Shown: positions 1 through 13,966 of the stretch, piece by piece
Layout: the number at the start of each line of letters is the position of its first letter
How positions within the stretch are numbered: the stretch's first letter is position 1
Assembly (NCBI RefSeq): GCF_001194135.2
Contig: NC_069000.1
Span: forward strand, 2,910,865 to 2,974,864
Length of the DNA: 64,000 nucleotides
Reading direction: 5' to 3'
Source: Octopus bimaculoides
Taxonomy: Eukaryota
Position numbers and translations under genes: made by a program
Notes under the pieces: generated by a model
The model's input: the letters and a program-made list of their open reading frames with translations, nothing else
Database searches by the model: none
What the model was told of the DNA's origin: nothing

Positions 1-1118
1 TATTAATTACTTGAACGGATTATGTTTTTTCCGAAACATATTCCAGAAATAATTGCTAAAATTAATATGTTGAATACAATGACAAGAATCCTATCCCGCA
101 TAACGCCCCAACTGTAGGAAAGTAGAACGTAAAACTATCAGATCGATGGTTCGGTTACTTTCATTGGTTTGTGTTTAACATCTCGTACACTCTACAGTTA
201 GTGATGAATTAAACAAGAAATTCATACTTAAAATAGCCCATGTTTCATTTACATTAGATTGACCATATCCAAATTTAAGTCACTTGCTGATTTCATACTA
301 TACGCTGTATACAGCTTTGGGTAGGAAAATGCTTCATATTTCACGTGCCATTGGCGTGGCATTAGTGAGGTTAACGGTACGTGATAACGGTACGCTCACA
401 GTGCTACAGTTTTATCACTTTCAATATTTACTAGATGTGTAATGCCCCCGTTCTTACTTAGCGTTTACTTTTGAAAGGACTTGGGTGAATTGGGGACGAT
501 ATTTGTTGGACCCTGTACAACTTGTTTCCGTTCACTTCTTTGCCAAATAAATTTTGTTTTCATTTGTGTATATTGAACAGTAATAAATTAAACTATATAG
601 ATATCACAATATATATTTACTCCAATATTTCAGGAACAAATTTCTGATAAGGAAATCTAATAAGCATTATTGTTTGCGATATCACGAATCCTGTCCGAAT
701 TCAAGGATAAAAAGAAAAGAAAAAACAAATAGTCTACTAAGGTAATGATTCGTCTATGTTCTGATATATTCGATTCTGACCTCAAACAGCTTATGGTTTG
801 CTTCAATCTAAGAGGAGCAAAGTTGTGTTGAGATGCTTACGATTATGGCTATCTCGGTTATAAATCACCCGATAATAGACAGAGTGGAACATGTCTGATG
901 CGTAAACGGCCGTGCAGTTTTAAATGCGAGAGAGATTAAATCACAGGGTTAAAAGGAAATCAGTTATTAAATATTAAATATTCATCCGCACTATATATTA
1001 CATTACCGACTAGACTATCAGACAGCGTTATACACCGCTGTTCACATTGCGCTTCCTCGCGTTGTTGCAGCTTTTAAATGAAGTCACCATGCTGTCTCCG
1101 TGTGAAGGCCTATAACTA

Positions 1119-1141
1119 TGTGTGTGTGTACGTACATATGC

Positions 1142-1176
<35 letters not shown>

Positions 1177-1326
1177 AGTGTGTGAAGGGAAACCAGTCCA
1201 CCTAATCAGAAATATGCGTGCGTGCGTGTGCCAGTATATGTTTTGCTTGTGGAGAGGAGACTGTGTATGTGTTTACGTGTGTGTACACGTGAGTGTGTGA
1301 GTGTGTGTGTATGTGTGTGTGTGTGT
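1119..1326. repeat. (TG)n microsatellite cluster
   Basis: Read directly. Confidence 0.9.
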
Positions 1327-3231
1327 TTAATTCTGTGTATATTTGAAATTTTGCAATGTGATTGTGTATTAATATTTAATTATTGATTTGACTAATAATC
1401 TGTTTCGCGTCTTATGTTGGAAAATAATTATTTCATACTGGAAATGAAAATACACTGGTCTTTGATGTCATAGCTACATTATCCCGAGTTCAAAACAGAA
1501 ATTAGATTGCAATAGTCAACACCTTATAAGAGAAAATAAAACGAGAGAGAAAAATGAAGATATTGTAATTAACACATCAACATAGAAATGAAAGCGAGTG
1601 AAAGCAAATTTTAACTGGTGACTTTACAAACTTTGTAAACAGAACTCCAAGTAGAAATCAACAATGAAAAGAACAACGCAAATTTTTAGCGATAGACAGG
1701 AAATTTAATCATTCAAGTTTTAAGATATATTTGTTAGGAACTATTGGTGTTATGTTTATGTCTTGGCAGGTAACAATAACCAACAAAATTCAACGACAAA
1801 TTATTTCGTATCATCTTTAATTAATAATAATCTTGGAGAAATAATCAAAATTTTCATGAAATATTTTGCATGAAGAGGAAACTAACTTCGTTCACTTGAG
1901 TTTTTATTCTTTGTTGTTTCACCTACATGTGCAGTACAGTAGATTTCTGCATGTCATTGCGCTGTTCGTTGACTCTATTGACCTTCAACGCTCATGTTTG
2001 CCCTTGTGACCCTGAACATGTACAATCCAGCTGCGAAATGTTATCTGCAAAAGGTGTGTATGACAACAGTTTGCAATGTTTATTTTGATTTGAACTATTC
2101 CTATTTATATGTTGGTAGTTTATGTCTTAAGGCTGTCTTGGCTTCTGTTTACCATCACGTTGTGCTATCATACAATGTCTCTTTCTTGCTCACTTGGTAT
2201 GTAAATATAAATATTTCTAGCAGAAATAAATATAGATGTCTGAATGTTTGTATTTTTTTTTACGCCCTGTTTATGAAAGAATTCGTCAAACATACGACGA
2301 GACGGAAGCATGTGTATAAATATACTTGTGGAGAAAATGTATTCGTTTAGGAATAACCTAAAAATATTATTTGATATTTCGTACGTCATTATTTACACAC
2401 TCATTATACAAGTTTGTGAAAGTACAATATTTTAACATTTTACTACACATCCACATACATGTACTCTACACTACTTCTCTCTTTCTCTCATACACACACA
2501 CATATACACACTCACATACATATATCAGTCAGATTTTTAAGAAACCCAATATAGCGAAAGTAGTGTATTTCAACATATATGTATGCTTGTTTGGCTGGAC
2601 GAGTGTATATATATTTACGTGTGTGTATGTATGTATGCGTGTTTTTAATTATATATATAAACGTATATACACACATGCATATGCATTTTTACAAGCACGC
2701 GCATACATACACGTATACATATATACATACAGATACACACACATCAATATTCAGTTTTACGAAAGAACATCATATCTTTTAGCGTTTACGCAAGACATGG
2801 CATGTAAAAAGCAGGAAATGTTGAACATGAGTTCCGTCAGAAATATAAATATCCAACGATATAGGAGCCACCGCGTCTTTGACAGATGAAGAATTCATTT
2901 CTATTTTGTTATGAAAGCACGAGGTTTTCTGTCTACACAAAAAAAAAGTTTATCAAAATGTGAAACTTGGGGCTATTTTTTGATGCATTCTATATTTTTT
3001 TATTGAGTGACATTTCATTTTTATTTTCCGGTCAAGACATTTAATAATTTGAATATAAAAATAACCAATATTTCTTGTCTTAAGCACTCATGTGACTATT
3101 ATGACAAAGAAAAAGTATATTTTGAGCCTGACAACAAATTGCTTTACGTTTAACAGTAAAAAAGATCACTGAATTTATGCAAAAATTGGAAACACGCATA
3201 AAAGTAACTTTGCAAATGTATCTACAGAAGC

Positions 3232-3588
3232 TCAGGCATGGCTGTATGGTAAGACATTTCATTCCCAAACACATGGTTCCAGTTTCAGTCCTACTACGTG
3301 TCACTAAACCCTTGTCGCGATCAAAGCCTTGTAAGTTGATTTGCTAGACAGAAACTGAAAGAAGCCCGTCTTATATACGTGCATGTGGGAATGGGTTTGT
3401 GTATCTGTGTTTGTCCCCCACCGTTACTTGGCAACTGGGGTTGATGTGTTTATGTTGCTGCAACATAGCAGTTCGGCAAAAGAGCTTATAGAATAAATAT
3501 CAGACTTAAAAGATGTGTTACTCGGTTCGATTGAAAGGAGTGCCCCAACATGCACGCGATGAAATGGCAAACAAGTAAAAGATAAAAG
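3232..3588 (+). mobile_element. tRNA-derived CORE-type SINE (family B here; resembles octopus OR-type SINEs), near full length, decayed
   Basis: Head ggcatggctgtatggtaag...ggttccagtttcagtcc, body aaagccttgtaagttgatttgctagacagaaactgaaagaagcccgtc, tail aaacaagtaaaagataaaag. The same blocks recur at 36118, 37385, 39511 and 40597. Family name is from recall only. Confidence 0.8.
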
Positions 3589-3715
3589 TTAAATGAAAAT
3601 AATTATATTCGTCTCTCTGTAACATAATGACGTTTTTGTTTCGAAGGTATATTTGGTTCTTTTACTTGACTCAGTCATTAGACCACGACCATACTTTGGT
3701 TCTTTTCTCTAAAAC

Positions 3716-3721
3716 TATATA

Positions 3722-3815
<94 letters not shown>
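3716..3815. repeat. (TA)n-(GA)n compound microsatellite
   Basis: Read directly. Confidence 0.95.
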
Positions 3816-3817
<2 letters not shown>

Positions 3818-4733
3818 GGTAGATAGATAGAAAACAGACAAATAGGTAGCTAAATAGATATATATATTGATAAATAGATAAATATACAGGCTGTGGGAAA
3901 GTGAGGAAAAAAGGAAAAAAGGCCGAGTGAATGAGTAGACGTTAAAAGTTGTATAAACGCAGTTTTTACACAACCGAGAAAAGCTATCGAATTAGTAGGA
4001 AAGTGAAAATATAAAATTTAAAATATGAATAATTAAAAAAAAAAGCTATTCAATCAATATATTGATTAGGAGAGACACAAGGAAAAAAGTTTTTTTTTTA
4101 ATGTTTTATGGAAACACGTGCAACATAAGTTTTATATTTTTAATTGAGAATAGGCTGTTTTGTGAGAACTGCAGCTGGTCGATAGAACAATATCTTGGAA
4201 GAGCTAATCAGAATCTATGAGTGAATGTATATTACACACATATACACGAGCACATGCACACACAGACACACACGCGCCTGCACGCACGCATACATACATA
4301 CATACATACATACATACATACATACATACATACATACACACTCATACTTAACTTATAGGTAACGACACGATAGCAAGTATCTTTTATGAAATAAGTAATT
4401 GTGTTTCCTTATGAGCAAGGCTAGGAAATTTGGCATTGTATATCATGCGTTTTTTATTAATATCTTACTAGTGAGTTCCTTTTCGTTTTCTATTTCATAT
4501 GCACAGAAGCACACACACGTACTGAAATTCACAATTCCATACACACTCTCACATACAGATATACACACATATATGAACGTAAAAGACTGTATATGATGGA
4601 TGTACATGTTTTGACGACTTAACGATGGATGTGAAGTTATAGAAAATAAGTTTAGCGCGGGATCTCATCGTCAGCCATATCTTTCACCTACTCTCTATCT
4701 CTCTCCGGCTTTCTCTCACTCCATATATATATA

Positions 4734-5153
4734 NNNNNNNNNNNNNNNNNNNNNNNNNNNNNNNNNNNNNNNNNNNNNNNNNNNNNNNNNNNNNNNNNNN
4801 NNNNNNNNNNNNNNNNNNNNNNNNNNNNNNNNNNNNNNNNNNNNNNNNNNNNNNNNNNNNNNNNNNNNNNNNNNNNNNNNNNNNNNNNNNNNNNNNNNNN
4901 NNNNNNNNNNNNNNNNNNNNNNNNNNNNNNNNNNNNNNNNNNNNNNNNNNNNNNNNNNNNNNNNNNNNNNNNNNNNNNNNNNNNNNNNNNNNNNNNNNNN
5001 NNNNNNNNNNNNNNNNNNNNNNNNNNNNNNNNNNNNNNNNNNNNNNNNNNNNNNNNNNNNNNNNNNNNNNNNNNNNNNNNNNNNNNNNNNNNNNNNNNNN
5101 NNNNNNNNNNNNNNNNNNNNNNNNNNNNNNNNNNNNNNNNNNNNNNNNNNNNN
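4734..5153. other. Assembly gap (N)
   Basis: N run next to (TA)n. Confidence 0.99.
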
Positions 5154-5322
5154 TATAATATGTTTATCATATGTCTATTCTACTGTAATTTTCTGCATTT
5201 TCCTGCAGCTGAAGATTGCCCTACATATTGCATTTAATGTAATGCTCGCATTACTTAAATAAATGGAGTAGCATGAAACGTGCGTACTGCAATCATCTTT
5301 GAAATCCGTGTTGCTTATTTTG

Positions 5323-5374
<52 letters not shown>

Positions 5375-6350
5375 TAGATAGATAGATAGATATACAAGCA
5401 TGCAGATGGCGATATTCCTGCATGGTCGCAGTCTGACGATTGAATCAAATAAGAGTTAAACGATAAAAAGTTTTGTGAGCAGTTGCTTATGTGTGTGATT
5501 GTTTGCTTGTTATGTAAGTATATACGTATGTTATGTATGTACGACATGTATGTAAGTATGTATGTATGTATGTATGTCTATGTGTGTGTATATACAGTGT
5601 TTATTCCTTGGCATTATTTCCAATCGTAAACATTCTGAATGAGCAACTACGGCTATGCAGAACGCAATAAATTACAAAGAAATCGACGTTGTTATACAGT
5701 ATTTGTTCGCGAAACTTCTTTGTAAATTTTGTTTTAATTTTCTCCAACTCTCTTTTAAATTCTGTCGTCTTGTCTGTATTTCTTGTAACCCAGCGCTGGC
5801 TACAGGCAAACTAAGGCAAATACAAGATTCCATTCCCATGTCAAACATTCCAGAAAACGAAGTAACATTTATTTCGTTTGTTATTTCGATATATATGTAT
5901 ATATGTATATATATCAGTAGTTTATGTACAGTGAGATAATTGAGTTTTTTTGTTAATAGTGTGTTTTCTATAAGAATGAAGAAAAGAAGAAAAGCAAGGA
6001 AGAAAATGAAAGCGACGAGGAAGGAAATGTAGGGAGAAAAAGTGAGGTGGAAGGAGATGAAGAAGATGGTGAATAGAGAGAGAAAATTAACATATGATAA
6101 GGAAAAATTGTTGGTTACTTAGGGCATGCGCTTCAAAATTAAAGAATATGTATGCATAGATAGACATATGTTCATGAACATACACAGACACGCCTATTGA
6201 TGCATACACACACCAAATAGAAGACAGAGAAACTTAAACAATTATATATAGGAAAATCCATATGACGAGCCATTGTAGAAGCATTTACGCCGTTTTTTGA
6301 CCAGGTAGAGTTAGTGCATTTGACCGTAAGTATACATGTTCTGGTCTTAC

Positions 6351-6427
6351 TTGGAGTTGAATAACATCATGACCGCTCCTCACTGCTGTCTGAACACTAT
6401 AAAAGCTGTAAGATGTGACGTGGACAG
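6351..6427 (-). other. Candidate internal exon (77 nt)
   Basis: Acceptor ccttcctagtttccgttgtttcag| and donor CAA|GTAAGA; one open frame. Confidence 0.25.
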
Positions 6428-6543
6428 CTGAAACAACGGAAACTAGGAAGGTATGGCCAGCAGGAAGGGACATATCATGCTCTGAGGGTCAGCTCTGCCT
6501 CTCATCATGTCACAGTCAATAAAGTAAGAAACATTTAAGCACT

Positions 6544-6612
6544 GCGATCAAGGTAATTGACTAAATCCGTCCCCGAAATTCCCGGCCTCGTGCCAAAATT
6601 TGAAACCGATAT
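6544..6612 (+). mobile_element. SINE family A, 3' fragment
   Basis: gatcaaggtaattgac...ccccgaaattcccggcctcgtgccaaaattttgaaacc resembles the 3' end of the copy at 14166-14410. Confidence 0.5.
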
Positions 6613-7799
6613 TGCTGAAATGTATGTTTCAACGCAGGAAGCCTATTTCAGAGCCAGAAGGAACTAAAACAAAAGATAACTTATATATATATATATATAT
6701 CAGGAATAAGTAAAATATGGCAAAACAAGTAAAAGTTTGAGGAAAAAGAATAAAGAAAAACAGAAGACAAAATTATTCAGGAAAAATAAAATAAACAAGA
6801 CAAATGCAACAATCATTGTAGGCGAGTTAAATAAGAGTTCAAAGGCCATAATAGACTTATTAGCGATATCTTGTAAATAGCTCGACAGTCAGGCCATACA
6901 CAAATTGAAATTTATTTGACAAATAAAAAAATAAGCAAATATAATTGGAAAATAAAGATAATGTATGTTGTTTTTAATCTTTAATTTTTCTGTTTTTTTT
7001 CGTATTTTTTGTCCTCTTTTCCTTATTAACTTCGGTGATGTATTAAATTATTTAATTTGTTGATAGGTCAAATGTGGATAATGAATATTTTGATATTTCA
7101 CGAGAAAGGGTGTAAATATATTTTAGAGAAAAAATTTATTATGGTCAAAAGGTTTAATACTTGATTTTGTTTTCAAAGTATAAAAAGGAGCTGCAAACAT
7201 GATTTTAATAAAAAGATTTCCTTCACCATTGACATTAAAACGTGGCTAGGTTAATTGAAATGTCTGTCTTCAAAGATTATAAAATACTTGCATGCATATA
7301 TATATATATATATATTTAGGTTGGTGTGTGTATGTATGCGTGCGTGCGTGCGTGTGTGTAAATTAGGAGAAGCGACACATACAAAGTAACGTTTACGTGA
7401 CGACATGTTGAGTCGTTGCGCACAGTTAGTAAGTATGTCGCTCAGATGGAAAAAAAACATTATCCTGCCTCAGCAAACATGTGTCTCTCTATTGTATTCT
7501 TTATTGTTTCAGTTATGTGAGTGTGGACGTGCTGGGGAGTGGTAGTGAAATTTATTTGAAGAATGGAATTTATTCTGTCGCTCTCGTTCAGACCAACTCT
7601 TTCCTCCCAGAAAACTGGGAGGAGGGGCTGTATGCTTACACTGATATGTGTGAATCTGTATACATGAATACATGTATATGAGTGAGTGAACATAAACGGA
7701 CAGACAGTCACACAGACATGGAGATCGGTAGATATATAGGTAGACAGGCAGACAGATAAATGAATAAATGGATAAGTAGATAGGTCGATAGAGGGATAG

Positions 7800-7884
7800 A
7801 CTGGCACAGAGAGAGAGACAGACAGACAGATACATAGATAAATAGATACATAGATAGATAAATATATAGATAGATAAATAGAAC

Positions 7885-7924
<40 letters not shown>
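7800..7924. repeat. (GA)/(GACA)/(GATA)n tetranucleotide tract
   Basis: Read directly. Confidence 0.9.
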
Positions 7925-8326
7925 CGGCAATGAACGAATATATGTGTCTGCTTGTTTTGTTATTAGGTTTTAACGGACGTCTTTGAATATAAATTTATAA
8001 AGGGGAGCATGAAAATAGAATCTAACAAAGCGTTATATAGAATGAGATGTCCATACATTTTGAAGCAGATATCTTTGCATTGTCAACAGAATGGGATTTC
8101 GAGGAAAAAGGGAATTAGATATTTCAAAGTAACTAAATCATAAGATTCTAAAATGTTTTGATCTGTATCAAAATAAAATGTTATCAATGTATGCCTCTGC
8201 TCTTAGACTACGTTTTCACATTTGATGTGTGTTCATGTAGCTTGCCTGTTGGAAAATTGGTAAAAACATTTGGATGTTCAACGTTTGTTTACACTGTCAG
8301 GAATAATTAGCATAAGGAAAAAATTG

Positions 8327-8364
<38 letters not shown>

Positions 8365-8374
8365 NNNNNNNNNN

Positions 8375-8415
<41 letters not shown>

Positions 8416-8859
8416 CGCCATATAATGTAACCTCTATTAGAAATTTTACAAAAATGCTATTATGAAAGATGAGTTTAATTTATTTCATTTCATTTTGTCA
8501 TAGCATGAATAAGTCGTCTTAAAGTGGCAGAAACCGGTAACTGCATAGTTAATACTACACAGATTGTAGACTGATTCTTATCATGATAGAAGTTAATGAT
8601 TTAGTGCTTCCGTCGCAGATGTAAATCAAACCTCCGTGACGCTTTTTTATACATCTCCAGGGGTTGTCATAGTAAACGTAAAACTTATCTTCGGAAAGGA
8701 GGATAGCTTTTCAATTTGATGTTTCATTTCAGAAAAAAAAGACAATTTAGGTGGTAGCGGAGGTGGCAGTTTTACGTGGTGATCGTGGTGTTGGTGTTGG
8801 TGGTGTACCGATTAAGTTAACTCCGACCGCCGCAAACAACTAAACACGGAATCTCTTCG

Positions 8860-8995
8860 ATCGGTTTTCATCAACTTTCTGGCAATCAAATTCCATTCAC
8901 ACAGAATTCGTTGTCCTGAAGCATTTAGAGAAAAATCTCGCTACTCAGGACTCGAAGTGAAAGACACGTATTTGCGAATCGAATATTGCAACCAC
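8860..8995 (-). mobile_element. SINE family B, heavily decayed fragment
   Basis: tttctggcaatcaaattccattcacacagaattcgttgtcctgaagc is a divergent match to tttctgtctaccaaattcacacacaaagcatttggtccgcccgaggc at about 39608. Confidence 0.4.
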
Positions 8996-9776
8996 TCATC
9001 AATATACATTAAAAACAGTGCTACTATTAATTTTCATCATGCAATCCTCGTCGAACACGTCATACAACACTGAGGAGTTGCGGTGGTTAGTGTTTCATTT
9101 CAGTTAAATATATTACAATCAATGGAACACAATACAACAATTGAATTATGCACCATCTTTACATTTATAAGGGACACATTGATTCTATACACAGACACAG
9201 ACACACACACACACACACACACATACACATACATACACACACATATATATACAACACGGACATCAGATGATTTTCTCTGCTAGTCACTGTCTTTTTCACT
9301 CTCTAGTCACAATCGTTCATTCCTGAAATTCTTTCCTTCACGTTTGCCCTTCTTTCTATACTTTCCTGGTTAATATGCGACTAAAACTGTCATTCATTGT
9401 AAGAAGCATATTAAGTTGAATATTACTATCGCCTATTCATCAATTCATATCTATATAAAAGAAAAGAATATATATTTATCTTTATCTATGCTTCTGTATT
9501 TATCACTGGGCCTGCTTCTCCTTCACTAGCACTCTACCTTATTTCTCCGTTTGTCTTTTTATTTCGTTCTCTTTCAATTCTTGCCCCCTATCTCTCTCTC
9601 TCTCTCTCTCTCTCTCACTTATTTATTTATACTCTCTCTCTCGCTCCCTCCCTGTCTAAATTCTTGTCTATTATATCTGCATTACTAACAATATATTTCA
9701 TAATGATATATTGCAAAACTTTAGTTGTCAGGTTTATTTTAGAAATGCTTGAAGGAAAATATATATTTTATGTGCG

Positions 9777-9816
<40 letters not shown>

Positions 9817-9905
9817 AGTTCTGTTCCTCATTCAATTCAAACTATTCTATATAAATAGAGTTGTGTGCATATATAAACTAATGGACAGCATATGCCTATA
9901 TGTGG

Positions 9906-9955
<50 letters not shown>

Positions 9956-10328
9956 GTCTTTGTATAAGTATACGCGTATTTACCAGTGAGAAAATATATG
10001 TAGGCGTTTAAGCAAACATACACGCGTGCCACTGTATATGTATTTCGAGGCGCTACATTGCGAAATGGTCGTATCTTTGTGAATTGGTCGATGTATATGT
10101 GTTTGACTGCAATAGTATTTACAACGACTAAATAAATATTTGCTTAATACAAAATTAAGAATATTCAATGGATGTTTTATACTTGAGAAGATATTGTATG
10201 CAGAGTAGTTCAGTATCTCACGGTGTCTTATTTGGCTCTCTTACACACACACACACACACACTCTCTCTCTCTCTCTCTCTCTCTCCCGTTTCTCATTCT
10301 TGCTCTACTCTAGTTTTACAATACTCAC

Positions 10329-10410
10329 CTTGAACTCCAGAACATCTCAGTTTTAAATGACAAAACTTGATTTCCCCCGTGTATCTTACGGTTCCCCTCC
10401 TCGCCGTAAA
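10329..10410 (-). other. Candidate internal exon (82 nt)
   Basis: Acceptor tttggattttttag| and consensus donor AAG|GTGAGT; two reading frames are open. Confidence 0.3.
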
Positions 10411-11106
10411 CTAAAAAATCCAAACATGTAGACCATGCACTTCTTACAAAGATTGAAACTTTCAGACGGTCCTCTGGACATTGATCATAAGAAATTCCAT
10501 CGTATTTATTATTATAACACAAACATACATGCTTGTACTTGGCTAGTCATTTACGTATGCATATACAAAGATTTGAGAAAGAAAGAGAAAGATATTTTTA
10601 GATTGATACTTATCCATATGTCATTCTCTAAATCAGTGATGGGTATAATTGTTTTGTCATGAGCTGCTTGTAACTACTTGGTATGGATGACGTTTAAAGC
10701 AGCAGAAATACATATCTAAGGATCCAACCAGTGCTAGCAAACATTTCCTTTTAGCTTCTCATATATTCGTGTGATATGTAACACTATACATGCATACGAA
10801 ATGCTTATTTCGTGAAGAATAACGCACTTTCCATGATTATTTGTTAAGTCTAATGTACAGAATGCTATGGTAGTCTAATACGTCAGTAGCGGCTACTGCT
10901 GGGTTCGGCTGCTCTACATTGATACGAGGCAATACCTCGAAACTAGTCTGTAGATGGCAGACCGGCAAGGGGAAACGGCTGACCTCCCCTGTTCGAAGGT
11001 TATAATGGATACAGATTCCTGTGTCATATACCTAGCGATGGCCTCTTGGAGCAAATCAACGGCAGTATTCGTCCTATTTTTGGGACTGCTATGTTGGCTT
11101 CGCGAT

Positions 11107-11108
<2 letters not shown>

Positions 11109-11181
<73 letters not shown>
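11109..11181. repeat. (TA)n microsatellite
   Basis: Read directly. Confidence 0.97.
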
Positions 11182-11185
<4 letters not shown>

Positions 11186-11700
11186 CATACACGTGCACAT
11201 GGAAACATATACACGAATATGATTTCATTAAAAATTGCACAAGATCAGTACAACTATTAAAATTATCGATTATTTTCATATTTTCTACTCCAACATAAAT
11301 AGAACAATGGGCACGGGTTTATGCCGATTGGAAAGAAAGAAGGGTGATTAATTCTAAAAAGCAGTAATTCATCAAAATTGATATAAACTTCAGTATGATT
11401 ATCTTAACGGCTGTTGTGATCTATTTCTGACCCAAGTACTGTCATCAGAACAATAACTGTCCCGTCTTACTCACAGCAGACATATCAACGTCAGAAAAAT
11501 TTCTGGCGTCAGTATTTTGTGCAAATAAATCCAATTTGAGCAGTGACGTAACATATAGTGGCCAGTGTATATATTTGAACAACTAAAGCATATAAAGCAT
11601 ATTAAATAGTGAAGAGGATAAATTCCCTCGATGTATATATCTTCCCAGGTATAAATTCATTTCACCTTCCTATTTATTATCATTGACAATATGTAGATAA

Positions 11701-11778
<78 letters not shown>

Positions 11779-12077
11779 NNNNNNNNNNNNNNNNNNNNNN
11801 NNNNNNNNNNNNNNNNNNNNNNNNNNNNNNNNNNNNNNNNNNNNNNNNNNNNNNNNNNNNNNNNNNNNNNNNNNNNNNNNNNNNNNNNNNNNNNNNNNNN
11901 NNNNNNNNNNNNNNNNNNNNNNNNNNNNNNNNNNNNNNNNNNNNNNNNNNNNNNNNNNNNNNNNNNNNNNNNNNNNNNNNNNNNNNNNNNNNNNNNNNNN
12001 NNNNNNNNNNNNNNNNNNNNNNNNNNNNNNNNNNNNNNNNNNNNNNNNNNNNNNNNNNNNNNNNNNNNNNNNNNNNN
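11779..12077. other. Assembly gap (N)
   Basis: N run after (CA)n. Confidence 0.99.
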
Positions 12078-12099
12078 ATATTTCAGTGTCATTAAAATT

Positions 12100-12430
12100 A
12101 TCGCTTCGGGACAATGTATTTTCAGAAAAATGCTTCGTACCAAAATTGTCTGAAACAGAACAGTGTAACGGCATTGAAGGTTTAATTCAAACTTGGTCAT
12201 GGTCCAAAGAATGAATTTGTGCCTTTATGAACGTCATTTGATATCGATAATCGGAATTGAGTATTTTTACTGGAAGGTACCCCGTTAAATTAATACAATG
12301 TCCAGTCTGTGTTATGAAATATTCCATTAACATTTTGGGAAATATGTGCTGTGATATTAAGTACACTTTCCAACCACCAGACCACCTTCAATATAAATGC
12401 AGCATACAAAATGAAAAGAAAAATGTCTAT
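12100..12430 (+). mobile_element. Decayed mariner-family transposase remnant
   Basis: KCFVPKLSETEQ (12128-12163) resembles the mariner WVPHEL/FVPKLL linker. PPD...NINAAY (12374-12407, frameshifted) resembles PPGQTIN..YY. Multiple stops and frameshifts. Confidence 0.35.
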
Positions 12431-13935
12431 ATTAAAATCAAAGAAGACAATAATTTTCCAAATAACATCGTAGCTTTTCGAGCATTTCCATGTTATTTGC
12501 CAAAAGCATTTCTCTATGAAGTTTGATTATGAAATCTGCATTCTGAAAATATTTTACGAAACAGTTTGGTGGTAGCATGCCGTAGAAAATTACTCCCAAA
12601 GAAACCTTACAATTTTCTTTGCATATATTCTCTAAAAGGTTGTGCCCTAGTGTCATGGTAAGAAGCCAATAGACTACCAATCATCGTTGCAGTTGAATAA
12701 GCATTAACAACTACTATGACAAGTGTACCAATCTTGATCTCTTGGAAATTCAACGCCACGTAATCAAAGCAGTAGAAGAAAATTGAAGAAATAAATACAC
12801 AAACATAATTGAACAACGAAGTAATAAAAAAAATAGAGAAAACATTTTTAAATATAAACTTGAGAAGGAAACGAGTAAAAACCAAGAAAAGCTACATTCC
12901 TGAAAATATAAAAAAAAAACATATTGAATTACAAATAAAATTCCTTTACATTCGATTTTAATTCTACTTTTATGTATGGTATTTTGGATTTTACTTTTAA
13001 ATTCTTGAGTCGTGATTTTCTGTTTACAATAGTGTGTCGTAGAAAAATCAAAGTAGCTGTTAACAAAATAAAAACATTTTTTTGTCAAGCGCTGACGTCA
13101 CACACTTCGTTTCGTACATACATACATACATACACTATTTACATATGTGCATATATGTATATATATATATATGTGCGTGTATGCTCTGTATATGTGTCTA
13201 TAGGTATGCACACACACATATATATATATATATATGGATTTCTTTTTATGCTTTCAAATAATTCTTGTTTTTTGTATATTACAATTCGTATAATTTATTT
13301 CATGTTTTTTTATTTATTTAATAGTTAAAAACTAAAAAAAAGAATTTAAATCCAAATCAATCATTTCTAGAACTAGCAGAGAATCTGAACTCTTTGAATG
13401 CCATTACTTTCGAAGAAAATTACGTTATAATCAACTCAGAACTGTCTCTGAATTGCAACTGAAAAAAAAAAAAAAAAAAAAAGATGTAGAAATATTTGCA
13501 AAGAAGCATGGAAATAAAGCAAAAAAATAGAAATACGAAAAAATAATAATAAGTCACATTGAAAGAAGAAAAAAATGCAGAGAAAAAAAAATGAAAACAA
13601 ACTGAAGGCAAAATATAAAAAGAAAATATTAAAAAATAAATCACAAATGTTCAAAAAATAGGAGAAAAAGAATATGTTCGATAAAAGAATAAAATGAAAA
13701 GAAAGCAATTATGATAACGAAGTGAATGATGACAGTTGTAGTGAGTGATTTTGAGAATGGTCATTTATAATAACATCGGTTGTGTGTGAGATAGCTTCTT
13801 TTATTTATTTTAGTAACGAATGTTACGATTTATTATTTCAACATGTGAAACACGCAATCGTCACTAATATTGATATCACCCTTGCATTAAGCGCCAGAAA
13901 ACTTTGAAATAACCGCTGTTGGTTACTACTGCAGT

Positions 13936-13966
<31 letters not shown>

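Noticed and set aside
1925-2060. GC-richer patch with exon-like boundaries on both strands
   Set aside because: The minus-strand frames all stop early and the plus-strand donor is weak; nothing recognisable.
12607-12770. Minus-strand peptide DYVALNFQEIKIGTLVIVVVNAYSTATMIGSLLASYHDTRAQPFREYMQRKL resembling a CNG/KCNH S6-C-linker
   Set aside because: MIGSLL is in the wrong register relative to the pore motif, there is no GFG/GYG filter, and no good acceptor brackets it. Most likely coincidence; a Pfam Ion_trans search would settle it.
13093-13100. CRE palindrome TGACGTCA
   Set aside because: A single 8-mer is expected by chance, and there is no promoter context.
13424-13458. 35-nt exon after a poly-T acceptor (LQFRDSSELII)
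   Set aside because: The acceptor derives from a poly-A run in a low-complexity block, and the donor is weak.
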